Source: Acidobacteriota bacterium (GTDB taxonomy: Bacteria; Acidobacteriota; Blastocatellia; Pyrinomonadales; Pyrinomonadaceae). Taken from it: a stretch of 30,157 bases of DNA. The stretch covers positions 1,764 to 31,920 of the forward strand of contig QHXH01000044.1 in assembly GCA_003222855.1 (NCBI GenBank). The letters are read 5' to 3'. Both the position numbers and the translations under genes were made by a program. Positions 8,815 to 18,568 of this stretch are shown one piece after another. The first letter of the stretch is position 1; every line of letters begins with the position of its first letter. Under the pieces are notes generated by a model that was not told where the DNA came from, did no database searches, and saw only the letters and a list, made by a program, of their open reading frames with translations.

Positions 8815-9299
8815 ATCACCAATTTCCTTTCAAAATGGCAGGAGATCAGCCATCAAAGCACTTGCTGGAAAAACTTCAGAAAGATCAGAGGCTTCTTGAA
8901 TCGATTCAGGCGCATCTGCCAGAGCTGGAATCTTTGCTCTATGTTTTCCAATCCGACTACGAGGATCGCATCTATCGCCTCTATTACCAGTCATTCAAAG
9001 TTTATTCACTTCAAGACTCCACTGAAACCGCCTTAAGACTCTTCGAGAAGATCGGTGGCGCAGTTGAAGGCGAACTCTCTGATTGGTTTCATGAAATCCT
9101 GTCTAGCGGTGTTGGCTGTGAGTTCGAACTTGAACACAACAAGAGATGGTTGTTTCATACAAGACCTATGGTTGAAGCCTTTCTCCATGCAAAGTACTTT
9201 CTTGAAATGATGGTGAGATATGCCAAAGAGTTGGATACCGCTCCCTCAGTTCTGCCAACCGGGTGGGCTGCAATTCTTTGTCTATATAATCAGCGTTGA
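8811..9299 (+). CDS. Hypothetical protein (visibly AT-richer than its neighbours)
   Basis: 162-aa ORF with an ATGA overlap to the upstream gene and an end just before the next ATG (9305). No recognised domain. Confidence 0.65.
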   Translation: MNHQFPFKMAGDQPSKHLLEKLQKDQRLLESIQAHLPELESLLYVFQSDYEDRIYRLYYQSFKVYSLQDSTETALRLFEKIGGAVEGELSDWFHEILSSGVGCEFELEHNKRWLFHTRPMVEAFLHAKYFLEMMVRYAKELDTAPSVLPTGWAAILCLYNQR

Positions 9300-9304
9300 C
9301 CGGG

Positions 9305-10393
9305 ATGAAGATCACGATCATCGGCGGCGGGCCGGCGGGAATGTATTTCGCCATCCTCATGAAAAAGGCAAACGCCGCCCACCACATCACGATCTACGAA
9401 CGCAATGGGCCCAACGATACGTTCGGCTGGGGCGTCGTGTTTTCCGGAAGAACACTCGCGAATCTGCGCGCGGCGGATGAACCTTCACATGCGGCAATCA
9501 CCCGGGACTTTCAAGCGTGGGACAATGTTGATGTCGTTCATCGCGACGGCATCGCCAGAATTCGTCTGCTCAATATCCTGCAAGCGCGATGTGAGGAACT
9601 CGGCATCCCGATCAAATTTCATCGGGAAATTTCGGAAGTGGTCTCACTGAGGCACGAATGTGATTTGCTGGTAGGCGCGGATGGAGTTAACAGCAGGTTG
9701 CGGCAAGCGTTCGCCGAAAACTTCAAACCGGAGTTGAGCGTTCGTCCTAACAAGTATATCTGGTACGGCTCGCATCAACTGTTTCACGGGCTCACGCTTA
9801 CATTTCGCGAAACGCCGGCGGGCACATTTGCCGCGCACTCATACAAATTTGACGGGAACACCAGCACTTTCATTATCGAATGCGATCCACAGACATGGGC
9901 CAATGCCGGCTTTCAGACGATGAGCGATGACGATACGCGCGCTTACCTGGAAGGTGTCTTTGCGCGCGACCTGAATCGCCACAGTCTGCTCTCGAATAAT
10001 TCCAAGTGGATCAACTTTGCGCTCGTCAAGAATGCAAATTGGACGTTCGAGAATGTCGTGCTGTTGGGTGACGCGCTGCACACAGCCCACTTTTCGATCG
10101 GCTCAGGAACCAAGCTGGCGATGGAAGATGCGATTGCTCTCGCTGAATCTTTCAAAGCGACCACGACCGCACAACAGGCCCTGCGGGACTTTGAAACGAA
10201 AAGGAAACCGGTAATTGAAGACTATCAAGCAGCTGCACACGAAAGCATGTTGTGGTTCGAAAACGCGAGAGACTACATGCAGCTGCCGCCGATCGAGTTG
10301 GCTTACATGTTGATGACGCGCAGCGGCAGAGTCGACCACGAAACCCTGAGGCGGCGCGACCCTGCGTTCATTGAAGCTTACGAGAACGCATAA
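9305..10393 (+). CDS. FAD-dependent monooxygenase resembling the N-terminal half of 2-aminobenzoyl-CoA monooxygenase/reductase (AbmA) / salicylyl-CoA 5-hydroxylase
   Basis: IIGGGPAG, DTFGWGVVFS, LLVGADGVNS, LLGDALHTAHFSIGSGTKLAMEDAI. Ends at LMTRSGRVDHETLRRRDP with no fused reductase domain. Apparent short deletion at ~9547. Confidence 0.88.
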   Translation: MKITIIGGGPAGMYFAILMKKANAAHHITIYERNGPNDTFGWGVVFSGRTLANLRAADEPSHAAITRDFQAWDNVDVVHRDGIARIRLLNILQARCEELGIPIKFHREISEVVSLRHECDLLVGADGVNSRLRQAFAENFKPELSVRPNKYIWYGSHQLFHGLTLTFRETPAGTFAAHSYKFDGNTSTFIIECDPQTWANAGFQTMSDDDTRAYLEGVFARDLNRHSLLSNNSKWINFALVKNANWTFENVVLLGDALHTAHFSIGSGTKLAMEDAIALAESFKATTTAQQALRDFETKRKPVIEDYQAAAHESMLWFENARDYMQLPPIELAYMLMTRSGRVDHETLRRRDPAFIEAYENA

Positions 10394-10455
10394 CCAGACT
10401 CGGTAGCGATGCCCTATATATTGGTTTGGTGTTGTTTTTTCCCTCGGCAGGAACG

Positions 10456-10509
10456 ATCTACGAAATTACACGAAATCCAAACGACAACGTTTCGTGTGGG
10501 TTCGTGGAT
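10456..10509. repeat. Inverted repeat, family F (CCACGAAATCACACGAA-type)
   Basis: ATCTACGAAATTACACGAAA / TTTCGTGTGGGTTCGTGGAT; second copy at 28438-28510. Lies between convergent genes. Confidence 0.75.
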
Positions 10510-10569
10510 AGTCTTACTTGGTATGGTGAGCTCAGAATAGGGCACCACCCGGAACTGTCTTCGTATGAC

Positions 10570-11859
10570 TCACGCCCGGTTTATCTTAGCAATTCCATTC
10601 ATATAGGGACGCAGAACTTCAGGAACGTTGATCGAGCCATCTGCCTGCTGAAAGTTCTCAAGCACCGCGATCCAGGTGCGGCCGACGGCGAGACCCGACC
10701 CATTCAGGGTATGAACGAATTCAGGTTTGCCACCGCCGCCGCGGCGAAAGCGAATGTTCGCGCGCCGTGCCTGGAATGCTTCGTAGTTCGAACAGGAAGA
10801 GATTTCGCGAAATGCATTCTGCGAAGGCAGCCACACTTCGATGTCGTATGTTTTCGCGTTGCTGAAACCGAGATCGCCCGTTGACAAAGTCACCACGCGA
10901 TAGTGAATCCCCAACAACTGCAAAACTTTTTCAGCGTCGCGCGTCAACGACTCGAGTTCATCGTAAGAGCTTTCCGGCAGCGAGTACTTCACTAGTTCGA
11001 CTTTTTCAAACTGATGCTGGCGGATTACGCCGCGCGTGTCTTTGCCGTAACTGCCGGCTTCCGATCGGAAGCACGGAGTGTAGGCAACCCACTTTATTGG
11101 CAACCTCGACGCATCGAGAATCTCTTCCCGATAATAATTTGTCACTGGCACTTCCGCCGTCGGCACGAGATAGAAACCGCGCTCGTCCTCTAACTTGAAG
11201 AGATCCTGTTCGAACTTTGGCAACTGGCCCGTGCCGAACAGCGAATCTCGATTCACGATGAAAGGGGGCAGAGTTTCTCGATAGCCATGCTCGCGCGTGT
11301 GCAACTCCAACATGAAATTGATCAGTGCGCGCTCAAGCCGCGCACCCGCGCCGTTGAGAATCGCGAAGCGAGCACCCGCAATCTTGGTCGCGCGCTCGAG
11401 ATCGAGAATTCCGAGCGCAACTCCGAGATCGACGTGATCCCTGGGCTCAAAATCGAATTCCGGTTTTGCGCCCCAGCGGCGAATTTCAACGTTAGCGGAT
11501 TCATCTGTTCCCGCCGGCACGCTCGCATGAGGAATATTCGGCAGTGTCGAAAGCAGCTCGCGCATGCGCGCTTCCGCCGTATCACGCCTTCGATCCAGCT
11601 CGGCGATTTGATCTTTCAAATGTCCGACAGCTTTGCGCCGGGCGTCCGCTTCCTCGCGCTTTCCTTCTTTCATCAGCGCCCCGATTTCGCGGCTCGCGCT
11701 GTTGCGCTCAGCGTTCAGACGATCGGATTCAGCAATGACGCGACGCCGATCTTCATCCGCGCGCACAAAATCATCCAGCGCGGCAGCTGACATCCGGCGC
11801 TTTTCCAAAGCGGCGCGCACCACCTCAAGGTTCTCTCTCACATAATTCAGATCAAGCAT
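10570..11859 (-). CDS. serS: Serine--tRNA ligase
   Basis: MLD...[68 protein letters not shown]. Confidence 0.98.
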   Translation of the reverse strand: MLDLNYVRENLEVVRAALEKRRMSAAALDDFVRADEDRRRVIAESDRLNAERNSASREIGALMKEGKREEADARRKAVGHLKDQIAELDRRRDTAEARMRELLSTLPNIPHASVPAGTDESANVEIRRWGAKPEFDFEPRDHVDLGVALGILDLERATKIAGARFAILNGAGARLERALINFMLELHTREHGYRETLPPFIVNRDSLFGTGQLPKFEQDLFKLEDERGFYLVPTAEVPVTNYYREEILDASRLPIKWVAYTPCFRSEAGSYGKDTRGVIRQHQFEKVELVKYSLPESSYDELESLTRDAEKVLQLLGIHYRVVTLSTGDLGFSNAKTYDIEVWLPSQNAFREISSCSNYEAFQARRANIRFRRGGGGKPEFVHTLNGSGLAVGRTWIAVLENFQQADGSINVPEVLRPYMNGIAKINRA

Positions 11860-11908
11860 TCCAATGCCCTTTTCAGTCTCTGAGTTTTAAGAAAAAGATA
11901 ATTTGGTA

Positions 11909-11935
11909 CAGAACCGCTTGCGATAGCAAGCAGGT
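11909..11935. repeat. Family A/B-related single arm
   Basis: CAGAACCGCTTGC-GATA-GCAAGCAGGT: CAGAA leader and GNNA loop. Confidence 0.6.
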
Positions 11936-11992
11936 GCCGGCCAGAGCACTGAGGTAGTTCTGTGTTGCTGTTGTGAACTAGCCATCGAACTC

Positions 11993-12155
11993 GCCGCAGA
12001 GCGGCCAAGTGTTTATAGCTCGTGCTTACACCGTGATGTTCTCAGCTCCAGAGGAGCGCAATAAGAGCTTCTCAATGATTAAAATATTTCGCTCCTCCGG
12101 AGCTTCCATGGTGTTAGCCATCGAGTTTCTATAAACATTGGGTCCCTCTGGGACC
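11993..12155. repeat. Nested REP-like cluster, family C (GCTCC.GAGGAGC / TGTTTATAG type)
   Basis: Outer arms ...AGTGTTTATAG and CTATAAACATT...; inner arms GCTCCAGAGGAGC and GCTCCTCCGGAGC. Same family as 21986-22126. Confidence 0.7.
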
Positions 12156-12290
12156 AATGAGGGGTTTTGCGAGCAACACACATTTACCCCACTACTAAAT
12201 TTGGGGTAGTGTCTGAAAGTTGTGTTGCTGGGTGGGAAAAATAAAAGCAGACGAAATCAATCCTTCGCAATTAGCCGTTCACACACGCAT

Positions 12291-13034
12291 TCAGTACCGA
12301 AATCGTTCCACAGATTCTGCCAAAGTTTCTTTCGAGCCGACGTCATACCAAATGCCCGGCACGCGCCAAACGTAAACCGGAATTCGGGGATACAGCCATT
12401 GCACCAGGCGGCCGGGCTGATCAGGATTGTTTCCTTCCGCGATGTACTGTTCGATCAACGGCAAAACTGATTTTGGATAATAGTACAAAGCAATGCCCGT
12501 CAGCGTGCTTTTTGGGTGCTCAGGTTTTTCTTCAAAAAAAGTGATGCGATCGTTTTCATCGATCTCAATCGCGTTGTACTTCTTAACCTGCGCGAGGTCC
12601 GAAATGTCGTAAACAGCCAGGACCGGAACATTCTTACTTCGACAAAATTCAGCGAACTCTTCCAGACTGTGGCTGAACAGATTATCTCCCGCAACCACGA
12701 TGATATCGTCGTCGATCCGAGCTTCGTTAAGTACGAGATTCAGGTCGCCGATCGCGCCGAGCCGGTTTGCCTCGCTCGTCGTTTTGTCATTGATGATACT
12801 CAGCTGCGCACGTGTATGCATCGTCCGGTATGCTTCAGCCCATCGCTGAAAATGATCGAAGAACTTCGTATTCGTGACCAGGTAGATGTGATCGAGTTCC
12901 TTGATCGGCTTCAAATTATCCAGGACATGCTCCAGCATCGGCTTGCCCGCGACTGGTAGCAGCGGCTTCGGCTGTTTGAGCGTCAACGGATAAAGTCGCG
13001 TGGCATAACCGGCAGCCAGAACAATTAACTTCAC
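12291..13034 (-). CDS. Sugar-phosphate nucleotidyltransferase (NTP_transferase family)
   Basis: IVLAAGYATRLYPLT...PKPLLPVAGKP, VAGDNLF, FEEKP, W.DVGS. GTG start preceded by AGGGAGG. Confidence 0.92.
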   Translation of the reverse strand: MKLIVLAAGYATRLYPLTLKQPKPLLPVAGKPMLEHVLDNLKPIKELDHIYLVTNTKFFDHFQRWAEAYRTMHTRAQLSIINDKTTSEANRLGAIGDLNLVLNEARIDDDIIVVAGDNLFSHSLEEFAEFCRSKNVPVLAVYDISDLAQVKKYNAIEIDENDRITFFEEKPEHPKSTLTGIALYYYPKSVLPLIEQYIAEGNNPDQPGRLVQWLYPRIPVYVWRVPGIWYDVGSKETLAESVERFRY

Positions 13035-13216
13035 ATGCCCTCCCTATTAGTCATTCGTTATCGGAAACCCGGACGTCCACCGGACTCTCAATGAAGCTTT
13101 ACAATAAAAGAAGCGCGCAGGGAAAGCGAGTCCGCCCCCGGCTTCCGTGCTGGATCGAAGCTTTGATATAGTGCGACAAATTCGAATCGCTAATTGCATC
13201 AAGAGGTAAACAACTG

Positions 13217-13975
13217 TTGACCGAAGAAAAGAATTTTGCCGGACGTGCCGCGATCGTTACCGGAGCTACACGGGGCATCGGCCGGGCAATCGCCCTGGAG
13301 CTGGCGCGCCGCGGCGCCGACGTGGCTTTCAACTACGCGAAGAGCGTGGCCGCCGCTGACAGCTTGAAGAGTGAAATTGAGAGATCGGGCGTGCGCTGTT
13401 TGGCGTCGCAGGGCGATGTTGCGAATACCGACGCGGCGGCCGAAATGGTGAAACTAACCAAAGACGTGTTCGGACGAATTGATTTCCTCGTCAACAATGC
13501 CGGCATCCTCCGCGACACTCTGATTCTGCGGATGAAAGAAGACGACTGGGATGCCGTGATTGATACGAACCTCAAAGGTGCGTGGAACTTTTCGAAGGCG
13601 GCGTTGAGAGTGATGCTGCGCCAGGATGACGGCGGATCGATTCTCAATATCACCTCGATCAGTGGAGTTGTCGGGATGGCTGGTCAATCAAATTATTCAG
13701 CGTCAAAGGCCGGCATGATTGGTTTGACAAAAGCTCTGGCGCGCGAAGTAGCCAGTCGCAAAGTCACCGTGAACGCGCTCGCGCTGGGAATGGTCGCAAC
13801 TGACATGGCCGCAGGGCTCGATGAGAGTTACCAGACAAAACTCCTCGAACAAATTCCGCTCGGCCGATTTGCGGAGGCTGACGAGGTCGCGCGGATCGTT
13901 TGCTTCCTCTTATCGAACGATGCTCGCTATATCACGGGCCAGGTGATTCAGGTTGACGGTGGATTGGCGATGTAA
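13217..13975 (+). CDS. fabG: 3-oxoacyl-ACP reductase-like short-chain dehydrogenase
   Basis: VTGATRGIG, LVNNAGI.RD....MKEDDWD.VIDTNLKG, NYSASKAG, YITGQVIQVDGG. The symbol is by family; not in a fab operon here. Confidence 0.85.
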   Translation: MTEEKNFAGRAAIVTGATRGIGRAIALELARRGADVAFNYAKSVAAADSLKSEIERSGVRCLASQGDVANTDAAAEMVKLTKDVFGRIDFLVNNAGILRDTLILRMKEDDWDAVIDTNLKGAWNFSKAALRVMLRQDDGGSILNITSISGVVGMAGQSNYSASKAGMIGLTKALAREVASRKVTVNALALGMVATDMAAGLDESYQTKLLEQIPLGRFAEADEVARIVCFLLSNDARYITGQVIQVDGGLAM

Positions 13976-13976
13976 G

Positions 13977-14089
13977 ACATTTGCGATTGCCGATTTCCAA
14001 TTGCCGATTTTTTCTAGTTCCGCCTGAATATCTCAGTCTCACGCCAAGAGCCGAACAATTGGCAATCGGCAATCGCAAATCGGCAATGT
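13977..14089. repeat. Inverted arrays of a degenerate heptamer (ATTGCCG / CGGCAAT)
   Basis: ATTTGCGATTGCCGATTTCCAATTGCCGATT (13977-14009) and AATTGGCAATCGGCAATCGCAAATCGGCAATGT (14057-14089). Confidence 0.8.
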
Positions 14090-14135
14090 AAAGAGAATCG
14101 CCCCGCCAATCATTCAACCGGCGGGGCGAAAATTT
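14090..14135 (-). terminator. Intrinsic terminator-like hairpin
   Basis: 10-bp stem TCGCCCCGCC (14098-14107) / GGCGGGGCGA (14120-14129), followed by TTCTCTTT on the minus strand. Confidence 0.6.
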
Positions 14136-14298
14136 CAGGGTAGGTTCGGGTAGCTAAGGGTGGCTAGGCCAGACTTGAGAATCGTCGCTTAAGTGCGATC
14201 CTGTACTTCAAAGGTGGTGCTTGACGGCGGTAAAAAGTCTGCGGCTGGAATAAGAAAAGCTGCCGCTTCGCTTTGTAAAAAGCCTGCCGCCCTGAGTC
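14135..14298. ncRNA. Candidate rod-shaped structured ncRNA (6S-like architecture; identity and strand unresolved)
   Basis: End-to-end pairing found by hand: 14135-14145/14282-14295, 14149-14155/14258-14264, 14164-14176/14235-14248, 14181-14194/14219-14231, with internal bubbles. No convincing ORF. Bracketed by a minus-strand promoter and terminator. Confidence 0.55.
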
Positions 14299-14304
14299 AC
14301 GTTG

Positions 14305-14334
14305 AAAGTACACCCGCACTCGGCTCCCGGTCAA
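14305..14334 (-). promoter_or_regulatory. Sigma70-like promoter TTGACC-N18-TACTTT
   Basis: -35 at 14334-14329 and -10 at 14310-14305; predicted start ~14298, 3 nt before the closing stem of the rod. Confidence 0.5.
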
Positions 14335-14391
14335 GCAAAAAATAGATAAACGTGACAGAGCCGTGACATTCGGCCGGCCCCGTCACCCCAG

Positions 14392-15588
14392 TTATGCTGG
14401 TCCACGCATCTGTGACAAACGATAGGCTTGCCGGCGAACCCCTTCAGAGACATTCCGATTCTGCGCAATCGAGTTGAGATCTCTTGTGCGAATGCGGGGG
14501 AGAATGTGGACGGCGGTGGCCATCGGCGTGCGAGGGTTGCGTGCCAGGTTGTGAATAATGGGATAAGAACGAGCCCACGCGCGATTCATTCCGATCAAGC
14601 GAAGTACTTCGTCGGCGACCTGCCGCATGGCGGCAATGTTTTCTATCTCCTGAGCGGAAATTCGCGGATTGTGGATCACGCCGGTGCAGACGACCTTGTT
14701 CGAGTCGCGAATCAAGATGCTGCGCGCCTCGCGGTCTCCCTTCATTGCCAACTTCATGCGGTCTTTCACCGTCATGAACATAATCCGGCGGATGAGCGAG
14801 ATTCGTTCGGGCGAAATGTCACCTTCCAGTCTCTCGGCATTCATTACCGCTTGAGCATTGGCGGCTGTCTGCTCGGGAGACTCGATCAGCATCTCCTCGA
14901 TGAATTCGCGCGCCAGCCATGAGTCGTCAATGTCAACGTCCGCTACTTCGATGTGCTGCGCGATGGCCCAGGCATCGTCGATCGAGAGCTCTCCGCCGGG
15001 CGTTGTCAGCTCTGCATTCTCGAAAAATTCGGCGGCGGCAGCGTTCCCGCGCGCGCGCAACTCCTGCGCGATCTGCCGCGCGCCACGCTCCTTTTCAAAA
15101 AACTCACGGCGGGTTTCTTTTGCGCGGCGTTCAGCCTCGGCGCTGCGCGCAGGGTTGAGCAGAACCGCGTCGATGATTTCCGGCGCCCGAATCAGCCGTT
15201 GCTGATTAAGTGTGATCAATTCAATCAGCGACGTGTTCGGTGTCGCGCCCGCCAGCAAAGCGATCGCTTCGTCGGGAGTGTTCGGGTTGGCAGCGATTGC
15301 TTCATGGATGTCATTGCCGGCTGATCCGAGCGATGCCAAATAGCCAAGCACTGCCGGCGCGGTAGTTTCCGTCGAGGCAACCTGTAAGAGATCCGCGGGT
15401 GGTTGCGAAGCCAGGGTTTCCTGGGCCGCCTGCGCTATCGCCGGATCATTGTCGGCTGTCAGATGGACCAGCGCCTCAAGCAGATCCGCCTGTGGCAGCG
15501 GCAGCAAGCCGCGAGCGGCGGCGGAACGCGCAGCCGGCGGTGCGTTGCCTGAAATGATCGATTGAACTACGGGATTAGTTGATGTCAC
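14392..15588 (-). CDS. Conserved hypothetical helical-repeat (LRV/HEAT-like) protein
   Basis: Recurring A.NPNTP / V..NPA / IHNPRI / ARNPRTP units; C-terminal MTVKDRMKLAMKGDREARSILIRDSNK domain; downstream of secA on the same strand. Confidence 0.8.
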   Translation of the reverse strand: MTSTNPVVQSIISGNAPPAARSAAARGLLPLPQADLLEALVHLTADNDPAIAQAAQETLASQPPADLLQVASTETTAPAVLGYLASLGSAGNDIHEAIAANPNTPDEAIALLAGATPNTSLIELITLNQQRLIRAPEIIDAVLLNPARSAEAERRAKETRREFFEKERGARQIAQELRARGNAAAAEFFENAELTTPGGELSIDDAWAIAQHIEVADVDIDDSWLAREFIEEMLIESPEQTAANAQAVMNAERLEGDISPERISLIRRIMFMTVKDRMKLAMKGDREARSILIRDSNKVVCTGVIHNPRISAQEIENIAAMRQVADEVLRLIGMNRAWARSYPIIHNLARNPRTPMATAVHILPRIRTRDLNSIAQNRNVSEGVRRQAYRLSQMRGPA

Positions 15589-15756
15589 TCGTGCCGCTTG
15601 GAAATTAAACGCATCGGAAAGTTTCGGAATACCGGATTTATCGGAGCTTGCTGAACAGCCGGAGTCTGCGGGGCAGTTGCGACGATGAGCGAGCGAGATG
15701 GCTTGCCTCGCACTCGCCGCTTAGGGCCGGGTAGTGAGACGTTAATGTATCTGAGT

Positions 15757-18453
15757 TCAAATTGCGCCGTGACATTTCTTATATTTCTTTCCAGACCCGC
15801 AGGGACATGGATCGTTCCGCCCGACTTTCGGTTGGCTGCGCGTGATAGTCTTAACTTTGCCCGCTTCTTCGCCTGCGGCCGCGGCCCCCTGGTTCGGACC
15901 GGTGAACTGCATGCCGCCGCGCCGTCTCGCTGCCAGTCGGCGGCGCTGAATTTCTTCCGGCGATTCCTCTGCGACGATTTGCAAATTGAAGAGCGACCGG
16001 ATAGTCGTGGTATCGATGCGATCCAGCATCTCCTCAAACAGAACAAAACTCTCTTTCTTGTATTCGACCAGCGGATCTTTCTGTCCGTAGCCGACCAGCC
16101 CGATTCCCTGCTTCACATGATCGAGCGCCAGCAAGTGGTCCTTCCACTGCGCATCGATAATGTTGAGCATGATGATGCGCTCGTAGGTGCGCATCGCTTC
16201 TTCGCCGATCTGTTTCTCTTTCTCGGCATATTTCGTTTTCAGCTTCTCCCAGATGAACTCGTCGATCTCTTCAGACGATGATTTTTGGAAATCGATGCCT
16301 TCCGCCTCCGTGTCGAGCGCGTAGATCGTATGAATCTGGACCTTGTAATTCTCGACGTCCCAATCGTCCGGCGAAGCATTTGGGTCGAGATATTTTCGGG
16401 TCAGATCAGCAAGCAGATCGCGCGCGACGCCCGTTTCGCCGAGCAGGTAGTCGCGCTGGTCCGGTTCTTCCATTAACTGGCGGCGCAAGCCGTAAATCGT
16501 CTCGCGCTGCTTGTTCATCACATCGTCGTATTCCAGCAGGTGCTTGCGCGTTTCAAAGTTGCGGCCTTCGACCATCTTGGATTCGATCGCGATGCCTTCT
16601 TCCATGCCCAGCCGGGCCATCAACGCTTTGACCTTGTCGCCGGCAAAGATGCGCATCAGATCGTCTTCGAGTGAAAGGAAAAAGCGCGACGACCCGGGAT
16701 CGCCCTGCCGGCCGGCGCGACCGCGCAACTGATTGTCGATGCGCCGCGATTCGTGACGTTCAGTACCGAGAATGTGCAAGCCGCCCAGCGACACCACTTC
16801 TTTGTGTTCCGATTCAACGATGCCTTTGGCCTTCAGGAATTCCTGCTGCCATTGAGATTCAGTCGCTTCGTCGGGATCGATTTCCTGGTCTTTCAAGAAC
16901 TCGCGCGCCATGAAATCCGGATTTCCGCCGAGCAGGATGTCGGTGCCGCGACCCGCCATATTCGTCGCGATCGTGATGGCGCCTTTGCGTCCGGCCTGGG
17001 CGACGATCTCAGCTTCGCGCTCATGAAATTTTGCGTTAAGGACATTGTGCGGAACACCGACACGCTGCAAGCGGCGCGCGATCAGCTCGGAATTCTCGAC
17101 CGAAACTGTACCCACCAATACCGGTTGGCCGTGCTCATATCTGTCCTTGATCTCTTCGACGACGGCGTCCCACTTTTCCGGAAGGGTGCGATAAATCACA
17201 TCAGGATTGTCTTTGCGGACCATCGGCATGTGCGTCGGGATCACGATCACATCCAGCTTGTAAGTCGAATGAAACTCGGCTGCTTCGGTCTCCGCGGTGC
17301 CAGTCATGCCGGAAAGTTTCTCGTAAAGCCGGAAATAATTCTGCAGCGTGATGGTCGCGAGCGTTTGGTTCTCGCGCTCAATCTTGACGCCTTCTTTGGC
17401 TTCGACGGCCTGGTGCAGACCATCGGACCAGCGGCGGCCTTTCATCAAACGGCCGGTGAAGTCATCGACGATGATCACTTCGCCGTCCTGCACGACGTAC
17501 TGATGATCCAGCCTGTAAAGTGTATGCGCTTTCAGCGCCTGCTCGACGCAATGCAGCAACTCCATATTGCCGGGATCGTAAAGATTGCCAACACCCAGCA
17601 GCCGCTCAGCTTTATCTACACCGTCTTCGGTCAACACCGCCGAATGATTCTTTTCATCGACGACGTAGTCACCGGTCTTTTTGTTTTCTTCCAGCTCTTC
17701 GCCGCGAATAAGCTGTGGAATGATCGCGTTCGCCTGGTAGTATTTGTCTGTGGATTCTTCCGAAGGCCCAGAGATGATCAGCGGAGTCCTCGCCTCATCG
17801 ATCAGGATCGAATCGACTTCGTCGACGATCGCATGATAGTGCCCGCGCTGCACACAGGTCGCCAGATCGAACTTCATGTTGTCGCGCAGATAGTCGAAGC
17901 CGAATTCGTTGTTATCATCCATGTCGTTCTGGATGACGCCGACTTCCAAACCGAGGAAGCGATAGATCTGGCCCATCCATTCGGCGTCGCGTGCCGCGAG
18001 GTAATCGTTGACCGTAATAACGTGGACGCCACGACCCGTCAACGCGTTAAGGTAAGCAGGCAGAGTAGCGACCAACGTCTTGCCTTCGCCCGTGCGCATC
18101 TCGGCAATCTTGCCCTGGTGTAGCACGAGCCCGCCGATCATCTGCACGTCGAAGTGGCGCATGCCGGTGGTGCGCTTGCTGGCTTCGCGGACCACGGCAA
18201 AGGCTTCGGGAAGAAGTTCATTCAATGCTTCCTGCTCGCGATACTTGCGATCGTCTTTGTCGCGCGCGTCTTTGACCGCGTCAGCGACTCTTTCTTTGAA
18301 CTCGATCGTCTTCGCGCGCAGCTCGTCGTCCGAAAGCTTCTGAATGGAAGGCTCGAATTCGTTTATCCGCTCGATCGCCGGCCGAATGCTCTTTAAGAAG
18401 CGCTCGTTACTACTGCCGAAAACTTTGGTTAAGACTTTATCGAAACTAGCCAT
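15757..18453 (-). CDS. secA: Preprotein translocase ATPase SecA (two apparent internal in-frame deletions)
   Basis: [69 protein letters not shown]; C-terminal SEC-C motif [19 protein letters not shown]. Confidence 0.98.
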   Translation of the reverse strand: MASFDKVLTKVFGSSNERFLKSIRPAIERINEFEPSIQKLSDDELRAKTIEFKERVADAVKDARDKDDRKYREQEALNELLPEAFAVVREASKRTTGMRHFDVQMIGGLVLHQGKIAEMRTGEGKTLVATLPAYLNALTGRGVHVITVNDYLAARDAEWMGQIYRFLGLEVGVIQNDMDDNNEFGFDYLRDNMKFDLATCVQRGHYHAIVDEVDSILIDEARTPLIISGPSEESTDKYYQANAIIPQLIRGEELEENKKTGDYVVDEKNHSAVLTEDGVDKAERLLGVGNLYDPGNMELLHCVEQALKAHTLYRLDHQYVVQDGEVIIVDDFTGRLMKGRRWSDGLHQAVEAKEGVKIERENQTLATITLQNYFRLYEKLSGMTGTAETEAAEFHSTYKLDVIVIPTHMPMVRKDNPDVIYRTLPEKWDAVVEEIKDRYEHGQPVLVGTVSVENSELIARRLQRVGVPHNVLNAKFHEREAEIVAQAGRKGAITIATNMAGRGTDILLGGNPDFMAREFLKDQEIDPDEATESQWQQEFLKAKGIVESEHKEVVSLGGLHILGTERHESRRIDNQLRGRAGRQGDPGSSRFFLSLEDDLMRIFAGDKVKALMARLGMEEGIAIESKMVEGRNFETRKHLLEYDDVMNKQRETIYGLRRQLMEEPDQRDYLLGETGVARDLLADLTRKYLDPNASPDDWDVENYKVQIHTIYALDTEAEGIDFQKSSSEEIDEFIWEKLKTKYAEKEKQIGEEAMRTYERIIMLNIIDAQWKDHLLALDHVKQGIGLVGYGQKDPLVEYKKESFVLFEEMLDRIDTTTIRSLFNLQIVAEESPEEIQRRRLAARRRGGMQFTGPNQGAAAAGEEAGKVKTITRSQPKVGRNDPCPCGSGKKYKKCHGAI

Positions 18454-18568
18454 CTGTTTTATTTGACTCTAATCTCTTTGACTCTTGATACCCTACGGAA
18501 TGCAGTTTGAGATTGTACGAGAGCGCAGAGTTGTCAATCAAGCAGGGTAGTGTCCAATTTCGGTTCTC

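Noticed and set aside
14135-14298. Retron msr/msd, SRP RNA, tmRNA or tRNA identity for the rod-shaped element
   Set aside because: No reverse transcriptase in the window, no SRP helix-8 motif, too short for tmRNA, and no cloverleaf or T-loop consensus.
16753-18123. 456-aa + strand ORF (also 15685-16281 and other ORFs antisense to secA, serS, the acyl-CoA dehydrogenase and the helical-repeat gene)
   Set aside because: Shadow ORFs opposite strongly conserved genes in GC-rich DNA; no recognisable motifs or ribosome-binding context.
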